NCBI GenBank assembly: GCA_964016885.1
Contig: OZ024743.1
Location: 247,070,001-247,134,000 of the forward strand
Origin: Eledone cirrhosa
Lineage: Eukaryota
DNA length: 64,000 nt
Direction of reading: 5' to 3'
Shown in pieces: positions 1 to 13,319 of the stretch (positions are counted from its first letter, which is position 1; the number at the start of each line of letters is the position of its first letter). The position numbers and the translations under genes were made by a program. The notes beneath the pieces were generated by a model. The model saw only the letters and a list, made by a program, of their open reading frames with translations. It made no database searches and was not told where the DNA came from.

Positions 1-74
1 TTGTTTTTTAAATATAATTGTAATGATAATGCTATTTGTGTCACACAGACACATTTTAACCCAATTGTCGTACA

Positions 75-253
75 ATGAACGAAGTGCACGCTATGGGGGA
101 ACACTGTTTACTATCAGTTATTGATGAAGAGTCTCAGCTGAAGGTACAAAAAATGGATGAAATTGAAGAATTAAAAGAAAAGCTCAAACAGAGTCAAGCT
201 GAAACTGGGAGAGTTCTAGAACAATTAAATAACCTAATTCTCCTTATAAAACG
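75..253 (+). CDS. Gene 1 coding exon 1 (uncharacterised coiled-coil protein, 344 aa over 7 exons)
   Basis: Acceptor cacacag|49, in-frame TAA at 57-59 upstream of ATG 75, and donor CG|gtatgt at 253/254 (phase 2). Peptide EELKEKLKQSQAETGRVLEQLNNL looks coiled-coil. Confidence 0.8.
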
Positions 254-599
254 GTATGTAATATCATTGTTCTGCAATCTTCCTTCTTTGTCCCTCATTT
301 ATTCATAGTAATCAAGGTGTTGTATACATACATACATATATACATACATGATGGCTGCAACTCAATTTCCAGTAATGCCATAGCTTGATACATAAGCATG
401 AGCATCACAGACGTGGCTTTCTAGTTCTGCTAGGGACTTGTCTATGGCCAGCAATGCCATGCATCGCAAAAAATGTCACATATCAAGTGATGTCTGTGCT
501 TGAAACTTTTTTAAGTGTGGAGAGGCTTTGCACAGGGCCAATCCCCCTCTCTAAACATCGAATACATTTGCCCAAAAAGTAAAATTAGTCTACATCATT

Positions 600-895
600 G
601 GATGCAAACGATGTCGCAGTTTTATATCAGAGTGACCTTCTCTTAGAAAGATGTCTTAATGAAGACTAGGAGTCTCTTGCTCCATAAAAAAAACGTTATT
701 GGATGGCCGTTGACTCTCCTGAGTTCCTCCACCATATGATGAGTTTTGTTTTTCATCCCCCAGGATGTCCAAAATCACCCTCCTCACCAAGCAAGCTTGG
801 TGGGGTTGCCGGTTTAGTTGCCGATGATCTGACCATGCACAGGTTGTACTGGATTTCATGTTCCCAGTAACACAGAAGAGCAACCTGACATAACA
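600..895 (-). mobile_element. Dispersed non-coding repeat, possibly retroelement-derived (second copy about 15060-15435)
   Basis: Shares ttggatggccgttgactct...caccctcctcaccaagc...gggttgcc.gtttagt...gagcaacctgaca with 15242-15435. Strand and origin are inferred. Confidence 0.55.
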
Positions 896-2007
896 TACAT
901 ATATACCAAAAATGCTGACCAGCAATTTTAGGGTCAAGCTGATCCAGCAATAGCCTATGACTTGGGAATGGTTTACATAAAGTTGTTCATAGACTTGTTT
1001 GAAGGTTTTTATTAATATCCTGTTTTTTAGCAAGTTCCCTGTAATGGAAGCCCATTCATTTCTTTGCCCATCTGCACTGAATTTATCTTGTTGGTGAAGT
1101 GCAGTAATACGAGTGGAACTACTTGACATGCATGTGTATGTTGTGTATACCTCTAGTGTAGTAACACAACACACCCTCTCCTCAGTCAGCTGGCTTATCT
1201 GTCAATACATGTAGATATTGCTCTTCATAGGTTAAATAAATACTTGTTACAATATTACATAATATAACATGAAGAACTGTAGATTTTAATGCAACATTGT
1301 GGGAGATTGGCTCTTCCTCACAATTGTTGCTTGCCTTATACTATGTGAAGCTTCAAGTAGAAAAAAAACTGTTTTTGTCACATAATGCTGCCATGCAGTT
1401 TTTCTTTCATTTAAATGTTCTCTCATTTCTTTCATTTAAATGTTCAGAAAATTTATCTGTTGCAACATACCTTTTCAAAAGCTGAAACTGGCTCTCCATT
1501 CAAAATTCTATTGTTACTGTTATTTGACAAAACTATACTGTGTGTGTGTGTGTGACTGTTGGTGTTTTGGTCAAACATATTGCTCAGCAATATTAATCTC
1601 CACAAAAATGTCAATATTTTGCCTCTTTAAGGTGTATGTATCTTCCGGTAAAATGCTCTAGTTAGTTTTCTTTTTTGTGTGCCTAAAAAAAGGAAAAGGA
1701 AAGAACCAATCATCTGATCAGACCACTGCCAGATTTACCATTGTGCTTAGGTGTGCTTAAGCACAGGGCCCCGTTGGCCAGGGGAGGAGAGGGGCATCTT
1801 CCTGTCCAAAAAATGTTTATGATGAATTTTTCAAATTTTTTTCAAATGTCAAACATTCAAAAGAATCTCTTAACCTAACTAGCATAGGACCTCATTTGTC
1901 CTAAATCCGACACTGGATCAGACCATGGATATTATATTTTCATTGGTCTTTCCATTGCTGATACTATCTACCGGTTGCAAATTTTGGCAGAGAGAAGCAA
2001 GATTTAA

Positions 2008-2250
2008 CCCTTTAGATACCAAGCTACCTGAAACTGTCCCTGATTCTATAGCACAAAACTTTATGTATTTATGTTTAATTAAAAAACTTCCATCACAATT
2101 TTATGTAAGAGCCTTTGTTATGCTCCAAATACCAGTTTAATAATTAGAAAGTTTGTTATATTACTAAATGCCTCTAAGTTGTTGATTATTTTAAAATTTA
2201 TTTGTAAATAATTTACAGTGTCTTTCATTAGAAATACAATAAAGAAAGGG
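2008..2250. mobile_element. TTAA-flanked MITE (piggyBac-type ends)
   Basis: ttaa|cccttt ... aaaggg|ttaa. Confidence 0.6.
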
Positions 2251-2474
2251 TTAAACTTTGAACCCACAGAATTAGATTAGATACTGCAAAGCATACCATC
2301 TGGCTTTTTAACAATTCTGCCAATCCATCGCCCCTGGATTAGTACTTTATTTATTGAACTCAAAAGGATGAAAGCCAAAGTTGACATCAGCGAGATTTTA
2401 ACTCGTGTAGAAAACCAGAACAAATACTATGGTATTATATCCCACACTCTAATAACTCTTCCAATTGTGTTTAA

Positions 2475-2693
2475 CCCTTTAGCATTTACATTACTTTATA
2501 TTTACTATTGTATTTTAATGTTAAAGGCTTTACCTCATATAATTATCTCACATAATATCAAATCTATGAGATTTGATATTATTTATTTTGAGAACAATAC
2601 CTTAACATCAGTATGAGCACCGGTTACAGCCGGTTTAAACAGAAAGAATTGAGAGAATTCTGGCCAGATATGGCCAGTTTAAATGCTAAAGAG
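2475..2693. mobile_element. TTAA-flanked MITE (piggyBac-type ends)
   Basis: ttaa|ccctttagcattta ... taaatgctaaagag|ttaa; 14-bp TIR with one mismatch. Confidence 0.7.
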
Positions 2694-3193
2694 TTAAATT
2701 CTGTGGAAATATATTCACCTTCATGGTTTAATGAGCATTACTTTTGCCATGTTATATAGGTACTCTTTTCTTTTATTCCTTTATTCTTCCAATAATTCCA
2801 GTCATTAGACAACAGCTATGAACATGTGATGCAAAATGAATGGTTTCAATAACTGGCTGTTTAGTTTGACCATCAAACAGGTGTTGCTGTACAGAATAGT
2901 GCTCCAACCTCAGAAAATGAGATCAAAATAGGCAGCTCTTAAGGCTTTGGACTGATTTAAATTGACCATCACTCCACTGAAGCCAGATCCATTCTTAACC
3001 CACTCTTTGATGAATCTCATATGGTGAAGATATGGCCTACACATAATGAAATTATTAAACTATACTAGATAAAATATTTTAGTCAATTAATATGCCAATC
3101 AATTATGTCAATTATGCCACACATTATAACCACATATGCTAAAGGTTAACTTTAAGTACATCAATATTCTTGGTTCTATTTCTCACATTCCAG

Positions 3194-3243
3194 ATCCTGG
3201 AATGGGGATGCTGACGCCACTGCTCATATTTTGAAGATTATTG
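3194..3243 (+). CDS. Gene 1 exon 2 (R-SWNGDADATAHILKII-G)
   Basis: cattccag|A...TTG|gtcagt; phase 2 in, phase 1 out, matching both neighbours. Confidence 0.8.
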
Positions 3244-3564
3244 GTCAGTTATTGCGATTTATTTAGTTATCTCATATATAACCTGTAAAAATAGATGTGT
3301 TTTATTTAGATTTTTATGATTTGTATTTAAAGAGGTTTGTTGACCAGTACATATCTCTAATAACCTTTATATTCCTTCCTTTCTTGGACTCTCAAAACTT
3401 GATGGAGTTATAGGTGTGTCGTGATGACACACTGCATGTCATAGGCATTTTAAACCTGATGTAACTCAATCCTCTTCAGATCTGAACACAGACGATTTCT
3501 TCCAGAAAGATGGTGGGAAACAGGGTAGGAGAAAGAGAGAGAAGAGAAGAATGGATCCTTCGAA

Positions 3565-3715
3565 TGATATTTTATCGTCCCTAAAATAATGAAAGGAAGA
3601 CAAGATTGACCTTGACATGATATTTTATCGACCCTAAAAGAATGAAAGGAAGACAAGGTTGACCTTGACATGATATTTTATCGACCCTAAAAGAATGAAA
3701 GGAAGACAAGGTTGA
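3565..3715. repeat. Three tandem copies (about 53 bp) of a SINE segment
   Basis: tgatattttatcgaccctaaaagaatgaaaggaagacaaggttgaccttgaca repeated. Confidence 0.7.
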
Positions 3716-5439
3716 GCCAGAACAACTACTACAAGGCATTCTATTCAATATTCTAACAACTCTGCCATCTTGCTGACTTTAATCATTACATGACTTTTTC
3801 TCCAATAAATGATTGTTTCTACTTTTGGCACAAGGCCAGCAATTACCCAGTGCATTACTGGTACTTTATTTTATCGACCCCGTTAATGATGCCATTGAGT
3901 TATTGGCAATGCTATTTGATATTGTAGTTTCAAATTTCTCTCTTGTCTTAAAATATAATTGTTTTTTCTCTCTCTATTACACTATGAAGACAATCCCCCA
4001 ACATTTATTTGAATCTATTTCTGAAATCCACTGTGTAATTATAATCCTTTCATTGGCAAGGGGATGTAGTAATATGATGGGAACTACTTTACATGTGTGT
4101 GCATGCTACATCTAATATCTCTAGTGTAGTAACATAATACAGCCCTTCTTAATTTTCTCCTAGCTTGCTATCTGTATGAATATAATACTTGTTATATGAA
4201 ACTGTTTTCATTATCATTACATCACATAACAACTTCTACATATATTCTGAATTAAAGATTTAAACACCACAGAAAGCAACTTTGAATGCAAAACCTGAAA
4301 AACTCCTTAAATATAAAACTGTAATCTGGTTTGATCGCAAGTCACCATATTTGAATTTGAGTTGAAATATCTGTTTGTTTTTGTTTTTTTAAATTTCCAA
4401 TTTTCATCTCTTGCATCCTTACAACTTTATCTATATACTTGAAGGTGAAAAATTGTCAAAATATCAGTATTTGTTCCAGCTTATTGCACTCTGAGTTCAA
4501 ACCCTGCCGAGGTCAACTTTGTCTTTCATTGTTTTGGGGTTGATAAATAATATATCGATAAGTGGCAAATTTGCAGAGTCATTAGAATGTCAATTAGAAT
4601 GCTTTGCGGTATTCATTCTCTTCTCTCTGAGATCAAACCTTGCCAAGGTCAACTTTGCCTTTCATCCTTTCGAGGTCGATAAAGTACCAGTCTAGTACTG
4701 GGGTTGATTCTTCCTCTATATCTCTTTCTCACTTTCTCTCACTCTCTATCCTTCTCTGGAAGAAATCTGCTGTGTTCAGACCTGGAAAGGAGTGGGCTCT
4801 GCCAGGCTTAAAATGTCCAAGAAACGTTGTATGCCACTATGGCGCCCCTATGACTCCCTTAAGAGTTATGGGACCAAACCACCACCAAATAACATATCAG
4901 TCCAAGAGCAGTGAATTGACAGAAATATTAAAAAGTTGGAAGGGATACTTTGTGGTATCTGATCCAGCTCTATATGCTCTGAGTGCAAATGTTGCTACCT
5001 TCTGCCAGCAGTTGTGGCCAAGAGAAATTATAAGCAATGGAAAGATGAATGGAAACATCGTTTTCTTGGTCCGATCTAATGATTGGCCCTTTCCTTTACT
5101 TACCATTGTTACTATCATAGGTCTACTTTTATAGCCATCATCATCATCATTTAATGTCCATTTTCCCTGTTAGCAAGGTTTGGATGAGTTGTCACAAACC
5201 AAGTGAGTTATTGCTAGGAGTTACTGACCTCTCAGATGAGCTAGAACTGCATCATGCTTAGGTACATTCCTTTACCCTACAGGGAGGACCAGGTGCATTT
5301 TATTGTGACACCAGCACTAGTGAGGTTGTCATGTCTTTGACATAATTGAAGAGTCCTCTCCACTCTTTGTTTGGCAAAGTTTCTATGTCTGGATGTCATT
5401 CAAGGCACTGCTGAAATAAACCTACTGTGAGCTATGATT

Positions 5440-8400
5440 AATAGTAATTTATTTTATAACCTTCTCGCTCGTTTTCTAAAATAACCTTCCTGCTCCCTCC
5501 TATTCTTCACCCCCCCCCCCCCCCCTATATATCGTATACGCGCCTGCTGGTTCTCTCTCTCAATCCCTTCCTTCTCTCTCCAAATATAAAATAAACCTGT
5601 TGCAAGGTACGAAACTCAGAATTTGTCAATCCCTTATTATTGGCTAGACCGCTCGCTCCTCTGTGAAATGTAATGTACAATGCTATTTTTTTCTCTTCTC
5701 TCCATCTTCCCCCGGTCCATTCAGCTATCCGTATCATCGTCCAGAATCCAATCATTGCTTTTTTTTTTGCTTTTTTTTTTTTCAATGCTATTCTATAATT
5801 CTGTCTGATTGTTCAAAATAATCTTCTTGTATTTTAAAATCCCATAATTCTTCTCTTATTACTGTTATATGCTTGTTCAATTATACCCAAAATTCGAGGA
5901 TTTTATTTAAACCTTCTCGCTACCTACCCCATACCCCTCCCAGCCGCCCCCACTCACCACCATTATTACTTGGACCAATCATAAGTCAGTGGCCTATGCT
6001 ATCACTTCTTAAGTTCAGACCTGGTTGCCTTTCGATATGATGGATGGAATACGGAATTCTGGAGAGTCTGAAAAATCTGAACACTCAGTGACAATGCCAA
6101 AGATAAAGACAAATTCACCTCATGCTGCCGGACGAGAATGCAAGGACTCCTCCTCTTTATTTCGGCCGCGGATGGCCAACATAACCCCCATCTCCCTCAC
6201 CCCTCCCTGCGCCCCACCGTTCCCACCCACCAAATGCAATCCAAAACTTCAGAGTTGGTACCATGAATGTAGGCACCTTAAAAGGTCGCTCTAACGAGGT
6301 TGTAGAAATTCTTGAACGTAAGGAGGTTGATGTTTGCTGTATCCAAGAGACCAGGTGGAGGGGTGGGTCTGCTAGATTCATTGTGGGTAAAAAACGATGC
6401 TATAAGCTTTTCTGGGTGGGAAATGACAATGGGCTGGGTGGAGTAGGAATCATGCTAGCAGAAAAATGGGCAGATAAGATAATAGACGTAAATAGAGTGA
6501 ACGACAGAATAATTAAAATAAGACTTGTCCTAAATAGAACTACTTTGACAATAATATCTGCGTACGCTCCCCAATCCGGACTGCCTGGCGTTATAAAAGA
6601 CAGATTCTATGAGTCATTAATGCTCACTACCTCCCAAATAACCGACAGTGACTACATAATTATTGCTGGTGACCTAAATGGTCACGTTGGACAACATTGT
6701 GATGGCTATGACGGAATCCATGGAGGCTATGGGTTTGGTACTAGAAATGAGGAAGGCTCCAGAATCCTGGAATTCTGTGACGCAAATAACCTAACTATCT
6801 GTAACACTAACTTCAAAAAACGAGACAATCACTTGATCACCTATAGATGAGGGGAACACGCCAGTCAGATAGATTATATCCTTACCAGAAGACGTGACAG
6901 AGTGTCTGTTGTAAACACTAAATCCCTCCCCCATGAAGAATGCACCTCCCAACATAGACTCATAGTTAGCGACCTAATAGTCAGGACAAGACGTACTCGA
7001 CAACAGAGGAGGACTATCCTCAGGAGAAAAATATGGAAGCTAAAGGACCCCACAGCCAGTAATAAATTTAAAAGCATATTACTTGATGCTTTTGACAGTA
7101 AGGAAGAGCAATTAGAATCGTACAATATAGAGGAACAGTGGGAATTCCTGAAAGCTAACCTGCTGAAGGCGACAGATGAAATCTGTGGCTGGAGCAGACC
7201 TATAGGCAGGAGGAGAGTAACGTGGTGGTGGAACAGTAAGGTGGGGGAGTCAATCAAGACCAAAAAGCAGGCTTGGAAAGTATGGCGGGATGGGGAAGTA
7301 GAGAAGACTATCAAGTGGCCAGGAGGGAAGCTAGGAGACAAGTGTACTTTGCAAGAAGGGAAGCAGAAGAAAGAAAGTTCAAGCATGTTCTACAACACGA
7401 GGACCAAAAACGTGAGGTGTTCAGGATTGCTAGGTAATGTGTCAAGGAAAACCGTGATATTGTCGGGGAGAAGTGTGTCCTTAATGATGATGGTGTACTT
7501 GCCATCACTGACGCTGATAAGAAGGTAGCTTGGAAGTGTCACTACGAAAGGCTACAAAATGAGGAGAATAAATGAGAGAAAGAGAGTCTCCCCCACATCG
7601 ATCCAATAGAGGGACCAGCAGTGCAAGTTGAAGGTAGTATAATAAGTAAGGCAATCAAAGATATGAAGACGGGCAATGCAGCTGGGCCTTCGGAAATAGT
7701 TGCTGAAATGCTGAAAGCATCTGGAACGGTGGGACACACTATGGTCACCCGGATAGTAGACCAAGTCATACAGAATGGGGTTGTACTGAAGGACTGGCGT
7801 AGCAGCATCATCATTAACTGCTACAAGGGTAAAGGAGATGCCCTAGATAGGGGAAACTATAGAGGCATTAAATTAATTGACCAGGTCATGAAGGTCACAG
7901 AAAAAGTAATAGCGCAACTAATCAGAGAGCGAATTGATCTGGATGAAATGCAGTTCGGGTTTGTGTCAGGTAAAAGTACCACAGACGCTCTTTTCATTGT
8001 ACGACAACTACAGGAGAAGTACTTAGCTAAAAGTAAACTCCTATACTTAGCTTTTGTTGACTTGGAGAAAGCCTTTGACAGAGTCCCACGCCCCATTATC
8101 TGGTGGGCTCTCAGAAAACTAGGTGTTGATGAATGGCTTGTGAGAGCTATACAAGCCATGTATAAAGAAACAGTCAGTAAGGTTAGAAATAACAACGAAT
8201 ATAGTGAAGAGTTTAGCGTACAAGTTTATGTTCATCAGGGCTTCGTCCTTAGCCCCCTCCTATTTATTATTGCCCTTCAGGCTATAACAGAGGAGTTCAA
8301 GACCGGCTGCCCATGGGAACTCCTATACATTAATGATCTAACGCTTATAGCTGAATCAATGGCTGAACTAGAGAAGAAATTCCAAACATGGAAGCATGGC

Positions 8401-9657
8401 CTAGAATCAAAAGGCCTTAAAATTAACCTGTCTAAGACCAAAGTTCTAGTATGTAGGAAGGAAAATAGGGCACTGGTCCCATCTGGGAAATGGCCATGCT
8501 CAGTGTGTAGGAAAGGAGTAGGCAGTAACTCCATTTTATGTCCCAAATGCAAAGTATGGGTGCATAAAAGATGTAGTGGGATCACAGGTAAGCTAACTAA
8601 GAATATAGATTTTATATGTGGCCGGCACTCAGGTGCAATAAGTAGCAGCAAGTGCCCACAGAATACTAGCTCAATCCATTGCACAGATGGTTCTATAGAA
8701 ATAGTGGACACCTTCTGTTACTTGGGTGACAAAATCAGCAGTGGTGGAGGGTGCTCTGAAAGTACAGTAGCTAGAGTCAGAACAGGATGGAAAAAGTTCA
8801 GAGAGCTTATACCACTATTGGCCGCCAAAGGTTTCTCTCTAAAAATGAAAGGCAGGCTGTATGATGCCTGCATACGAACAGCAATGTTACATGGCAGTGA
8901 GACTTGGGCATAGTGTGCAGAGGATCTACGCAGACTGGAGAAGAACGAAGCTTGCATGCTCCGTTGGATGTGTAATAGTAATATACGTGAATGGCAAAGC
9001 ATAAATGAACTAAGTGATAAATTAGGAATAAGAGGGATCAGATGCTGTTTACTTGAGAGAAGACTACGTTGGTATGGTCACATGATGCGCATGAAAGACG
9101 ACAGCTGTATAAAAAAAATGCAGGGTGATCAAAATAGATGGTAGCCACGGAGTAGGCAGATCCAGAAAAACCTGGGACGACTTGATAAATTCCGACCTCA
9201 CACACTTACACCTCTCCAAGACAATGTCACTGGACCGAGATCTTTGGCGTTACGCAGTAATACAGAAGACCCGCCTTGCCTAAGTGCAAAGCGAAACCTA
9301 CTGTCAGTAGGCACCTCTTCCTAAAATACACCCCCTTCCGACTACCCCCCCCCCCATCCATCCACCCCACCCCCCTTCCGATGTAAAGTTATGTTGGTAC
9401 CACAACATCCAGTCCTAAATAAATGAGGTCGTGTAGATGTCACGACAAAAAAACACACAGTCCACGCTGTAATGTGGGCATGTAGGTAACACGGTAAAAA
9501 CATCCCAGTCCACACTGTAAACGTGGTTGGTGTTAAGAAGGGTATCCAGCCGTAGAAAACCCGCCAGGCAGTCCTATACGAGCAAGACAACCAATCTTGC
9601 CTCAAGTGGGAAAATTCCCGTCCAAACCTATGCTAGTGTGGAAGATGGACGTTAAAC

Positions 9658-9688
<31 letters not shown>
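5440..9688 (+). mobile_element. Near full-length RTE-clade LINE, degenerate
   Basis: APE endonuclease (NVGTL, CIQETRW, SAYAPQ, AGDLNGHVG), RT (FVDLEKAFDRV, HQGFVLSPLLF), RTE-type C-terminus (RRLRWYGH) and a (GAT)n tail at 9658-9687. 5' boundary approximate; no TSD found. Confidence 0.9.
6263..9280 (+). pseudogene. RTE endonuclease/reverse transcriptase ORF with stops and frameshifts
   Basis: ORF pieces 6263-6850, 6902-7528, 7621-8913 and 8956-9144; catalytic YADD degenerated to YIND. Confidence 0.9.
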
Positions 9689-10208
9689 CATCAAATGAAC
9701 TGTATGGAGACATTTTGAAAACAAAATATATAGTAAATTATTGTTCACACTTTAATTGATTTTTATCAGTTATCTCATCTATGAATATAAGATAAATACT
9801 TCTAATATATAGTAAAGAATACTAGCCACCTCTACAAAAATGTCCATAGTTTGTTCATTTGCTAAACATCCATTTTCCCTGTTAGCAAGGGCTAGGTGTA
9901 TCATCACAGACTGCTCAAACAGAGATCTTTCTGACCTCCAAATGGGCCAGGGGCTCGATATATGATCCCATATTCAACTGAGTGCATTTTATCACGCAGC
10001 AACATTAGAGAAATTGTCATGTCTTTGGCATAGCTGAAGAGTCTTCCCAGCCCTTTGTTTTGGCAGGTTTTCCATGATCAGACACCCTTCCTGATACTAT
10101 GTAGTCAAAATAATAGTTCAAAATGTTTCTTTCACTGTATTTTTATCCAAATTTTGATGTGATTTGACCATTAATCTTAGTTCTTAATTCTGTGCCTTAT
10201 ATATCTAG

Positions 10209-10249
10209 GAAGAGATAAAACAAACAATGACCAATGGCCAGATCAAAAA
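10209..10249 (+). CDS. Gene 1 exon 3 (G-RDKTNNDQWPDQK)
   Basis: atctag|GA...AAA|gtaagt; phase 1 in, phase 0 out. Confidence 0.75.
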
Positions 10250-11275
10250 GTAAGTAGTTCTTTTTAAGCAAGTTTACTCTTCCATACAGATTCATCATTA
10301 ATTCTTACCTCCTCATCTCTCTCTCATATCCATATATAAATATACTTTCCAAAATGTCTTATTTTTCCCCGTTTTCTTTCTTTTCTTACTTTCATCTACC
10401 TTTTTATTTTTTATTTTCTCTCCTAAACATTCTTTCTTCTTTTTCACATTTTATCTTCCAATGAAGGACTAAACAAGGCTTTCTTCCTATTATATCAAGC
10501 CTTACACTAATATATATAATCAATGTATTGTATTGTTCTCTTGTGTTATTTTCCCTTGTTGACTTTTCATGTATTGTGCAGTGCACCATTGCAAGCTTCT
10601 TCATTTTCTTTGAAACCATGAATACAGTGCTGCTCAAACTGCTGGAATTGTAATTGATGTGTGTTTCCATCTTCCATATATATTTAAATATACTTTAACC
10701 AGATGTTGTTGGACTTTCATCAATTCTGACAATAAATATTCCAGTTGTTTAAACAACAGAACAGTCTGCCTGTGAAATTAACATGCAGAATGATCCAGTA
10801 TGATACAATGTGTGACAAGGCCAACACTTTGTATTACTGGTGAACTCATTTTTGCTAGCTGAGTAGACTAGAGCAACATGGGATAAAGGGTCTTGCTAAA
10901 GGGCATAGCATATCGCTGTAAATTGAACTCATGACCTTTCAATTGTAATCTAAACACTGAAACATTAAGCCACATACCTTCATCCTCAATGTTGTATACA
11001 GCCACTGTCATATCCAACACTGAAATATGGATGAGTACACTACATACTATAAAACGGTGGACACAGTATAGCCAAATGGTTAAGGAGTTTGATTTGCAAT
11101 CATTAGGTCTTGGATTCAATCCCACTGAGTGACATCTTGAGCAAGTGTCATTTACCATAGCAAAACACAGGATTTCTGGCCAGAATTTTGGGGTGTGTGT
11201 GGTTTATAGCTAAATAACTAGGATATTTTTAGGGAGCTGCTTATTGAAGTTAGTTTTCATTGTACAATATTGCAG

Positions 11276-11503
11276 TCAGTGCGAATACATAAGAACTGGA
11301 AAGCAATAACACTGTTGCTGTTACATAGAAAAGAGAAGGAAAATCAAGAGAAAATCAGAATGAACCAGCTTGAACATTTGCGACAGAGATACAATTTCCT
11401 TGAAGATACACTATTAGATCATCAACATCTAATAGGGCAAGCTGATTGTTATAACCCTTTAAAATCTGGATCAAGACAAAGTTCTAGTCACCGTCATTCT
11501 AAA
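11276..11503 (+). CDS. Gene 1 exon 4 (SVRIHKNWK...SSHRHSK)
   Basis: attgcag|TCA...AAA|gtaagt; 76 open codons, phase 0-0. Confidence 0.8.
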
Positions 11504-11794
11504 GTAAGTGTCTCATTTTGATAATCACTGTTGGCATATATATTATAAATACTATCAACTTTTAGTTCTATTATTATCATTACAAAATGTTTTGCAGCAT
11601 TTAGTTATGGCCCTTGATGTTCAGAGTTCAACTCCCACTGAGGTCACTTGAACTCATGATTTATGAGTAAGTTGCATGATATGTTATCAATTTAGCCATC
11701 TGATCACTGCACACTATCAAGATTATCAATACTTGACTCTTTTAGCATTCAATGTATGAATGTTTAAAATGACAAATCAAATCAGTGTTTTTAA

Positions 11795-12004
11795 CCCTTT
11801 AATGTTCAAACCAGCCAAAACCGGCCAAAATTCTCTACCTCTTTTTGTTGAAACCAGCTGAAACTGGTCGCTTAAACTGATGCTAAGGTATTGTTCTCAA
11901 AATAAATACTTTCAAAATCTCATAGATTCGATATTATGTGAGATATTATGTGAGGTAAAGCCTTTACCAAATAGTATATACAGAATAATGTGAATGTTAA
12001 AGGG
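11795..12004. mobile_element. TTAA-flanked MITE (same end family as 2475-2693)
   Basis: ttaa|ccctttaatgttca ... tgaatgttaaaggg|ttaa. Confidence 0.7.
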
Positions 12005-12039
12005 TTAAAGAACAACTTGCTAGAAGAATTTGTTTTCAA

Positions 12040-12400
12040 TGGAGTAAGTTTGTGTATAGACTATCCTATTCTCTTGGAGGTGGTGCATGTGCATTTGTAG
12101 GATCCTTATTATCCATCACCCACTGCTGTTACTTGGATTTCAGTAAAAAAAAAAATGAGAATAGTGGAGGAGATTTTCAGTTAAATTCATTTACTGCCTC
12201 ACTTATTTTCCAAACCCTTCCAAACATCAGGAACTGTTCAATGAACCCTTGTTCTATATAGCAGACAACTATCTCACTCCACAACTCTTTCAAGTGATCA
12301 TTCTTGGTGACTTCAATAGTCACAACTCTTTGGTCTGACACTCCTTCTAACACTAATACTGGGGTAAAAGAGAGACCTTCTGCTAACCCCTATTCTCTAT
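12040..12400 (+). mobile_element. Old LINE endonuclease fragment
   Basis: Remnant motifs GGGACAFV and ILGDFNSHN. Confidence 0.45.
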
Positions 12401-12617
12401 AAACCCCCCTCCCCACACACACACACCCTACCAGTATTCAGAGCTGGTTCCTGGGTATTTAGCACTCCAGATTAGCCCAACAATGTGTGTCTTCTCACAA
12501 ATAAAATAATTTCATCTTACACTTTGGCAAGTTGACGAAACTTGTTTTTGACACTTCTTACTCTGACCAGACTAAAGCTATCTAAGATCCATCCACATAC
12601 AACATCCTGTATATATA

Positions 12618-13080
12618 GGACTGGCACTACCATTAAAGCCAACTAGGCAGCTGCCTAGGGTATTGACTACAAAGAGGTGCATTATTGAACCTTAAAGGGT
12701 CACAGTTTTATACAAACTTGTATAACCAAATTAAATATACATCCAGCCATAGAAACCAAGCCAAAATCAGCCCTGCGTGAGTGAAACACGCTCCTCCAGC
12801 CAGATCTCTCACAAAGGGACAGCCCATCTTACCCATGCTAGCGTGAAAATTGCATGTTAAACGATGATGTTGATGATGATGAATAATTTCCAGTGATCAA
12901 TGAATAAATCCTTAAACATCTTTGCTGTGTAGCAGCATTGTAGAAATATCCAAAGGGGTGGAGAGGGTCCTATGGTGTTATAATCTATTACATGATGTGG
13001 CATGCGTGAGTGTGGACTCTATGGTAGAAAATGCAGGCTTAGTAATTTTCTTAGTGGAGTCAAAGCAAGAAGCTCTGTAC
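12618..13080 (+). mobile_element. Dispersed repeat of about 400-450 bp (probable non-autonomous DNA transposon). Other copies about 18220-18620(-), 19022-19450(+), 58530-58900(-), 60024-60490(+), partial 12450-12580(-)
   Basis: Shared blocks accattaaag.caactaggcagct, cacagttttatacaaa.ttgt.taa and cagcattgtggaaatatccaaag. Confidence 0.7.
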
Positions 13081-13163
13081 CTAAGACATAACCACATATG
13101 ATATCTTATATACACACACCTAGTATTTACAAACTTTTCATATTTTTTCTATTTTCCTTTCAG

Positions 13164-13292
13164 AATTTGAAACAATATGGATCAAATGTAATAGATTCAA
13201 CACCACTAACTACAGATATTAACAATCTATCATTGGAAAATCTCTTAATACAACCTGCACCTTCTGTTAACAAAATACCTGTTACCAATTGT
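13164..13292 (+). CDS. Gene 1 exon 5 (NLKQYG...IPVTNC)
   Basis: ttttcctttcag|AAT...TGT|gtaagt; 43 codons, phase 0-0. Confidence 0.8.
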
Positions 13293-13319
13293 GTAAGTTA
13301 GATTATATTAAAGTGTAAA

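Noticed and set aside
4640-5134. 164-aa ORF
   Set aside because: It begins inside a SINE, has no recognisable domain, and has no phase-compatible place in gene 1.
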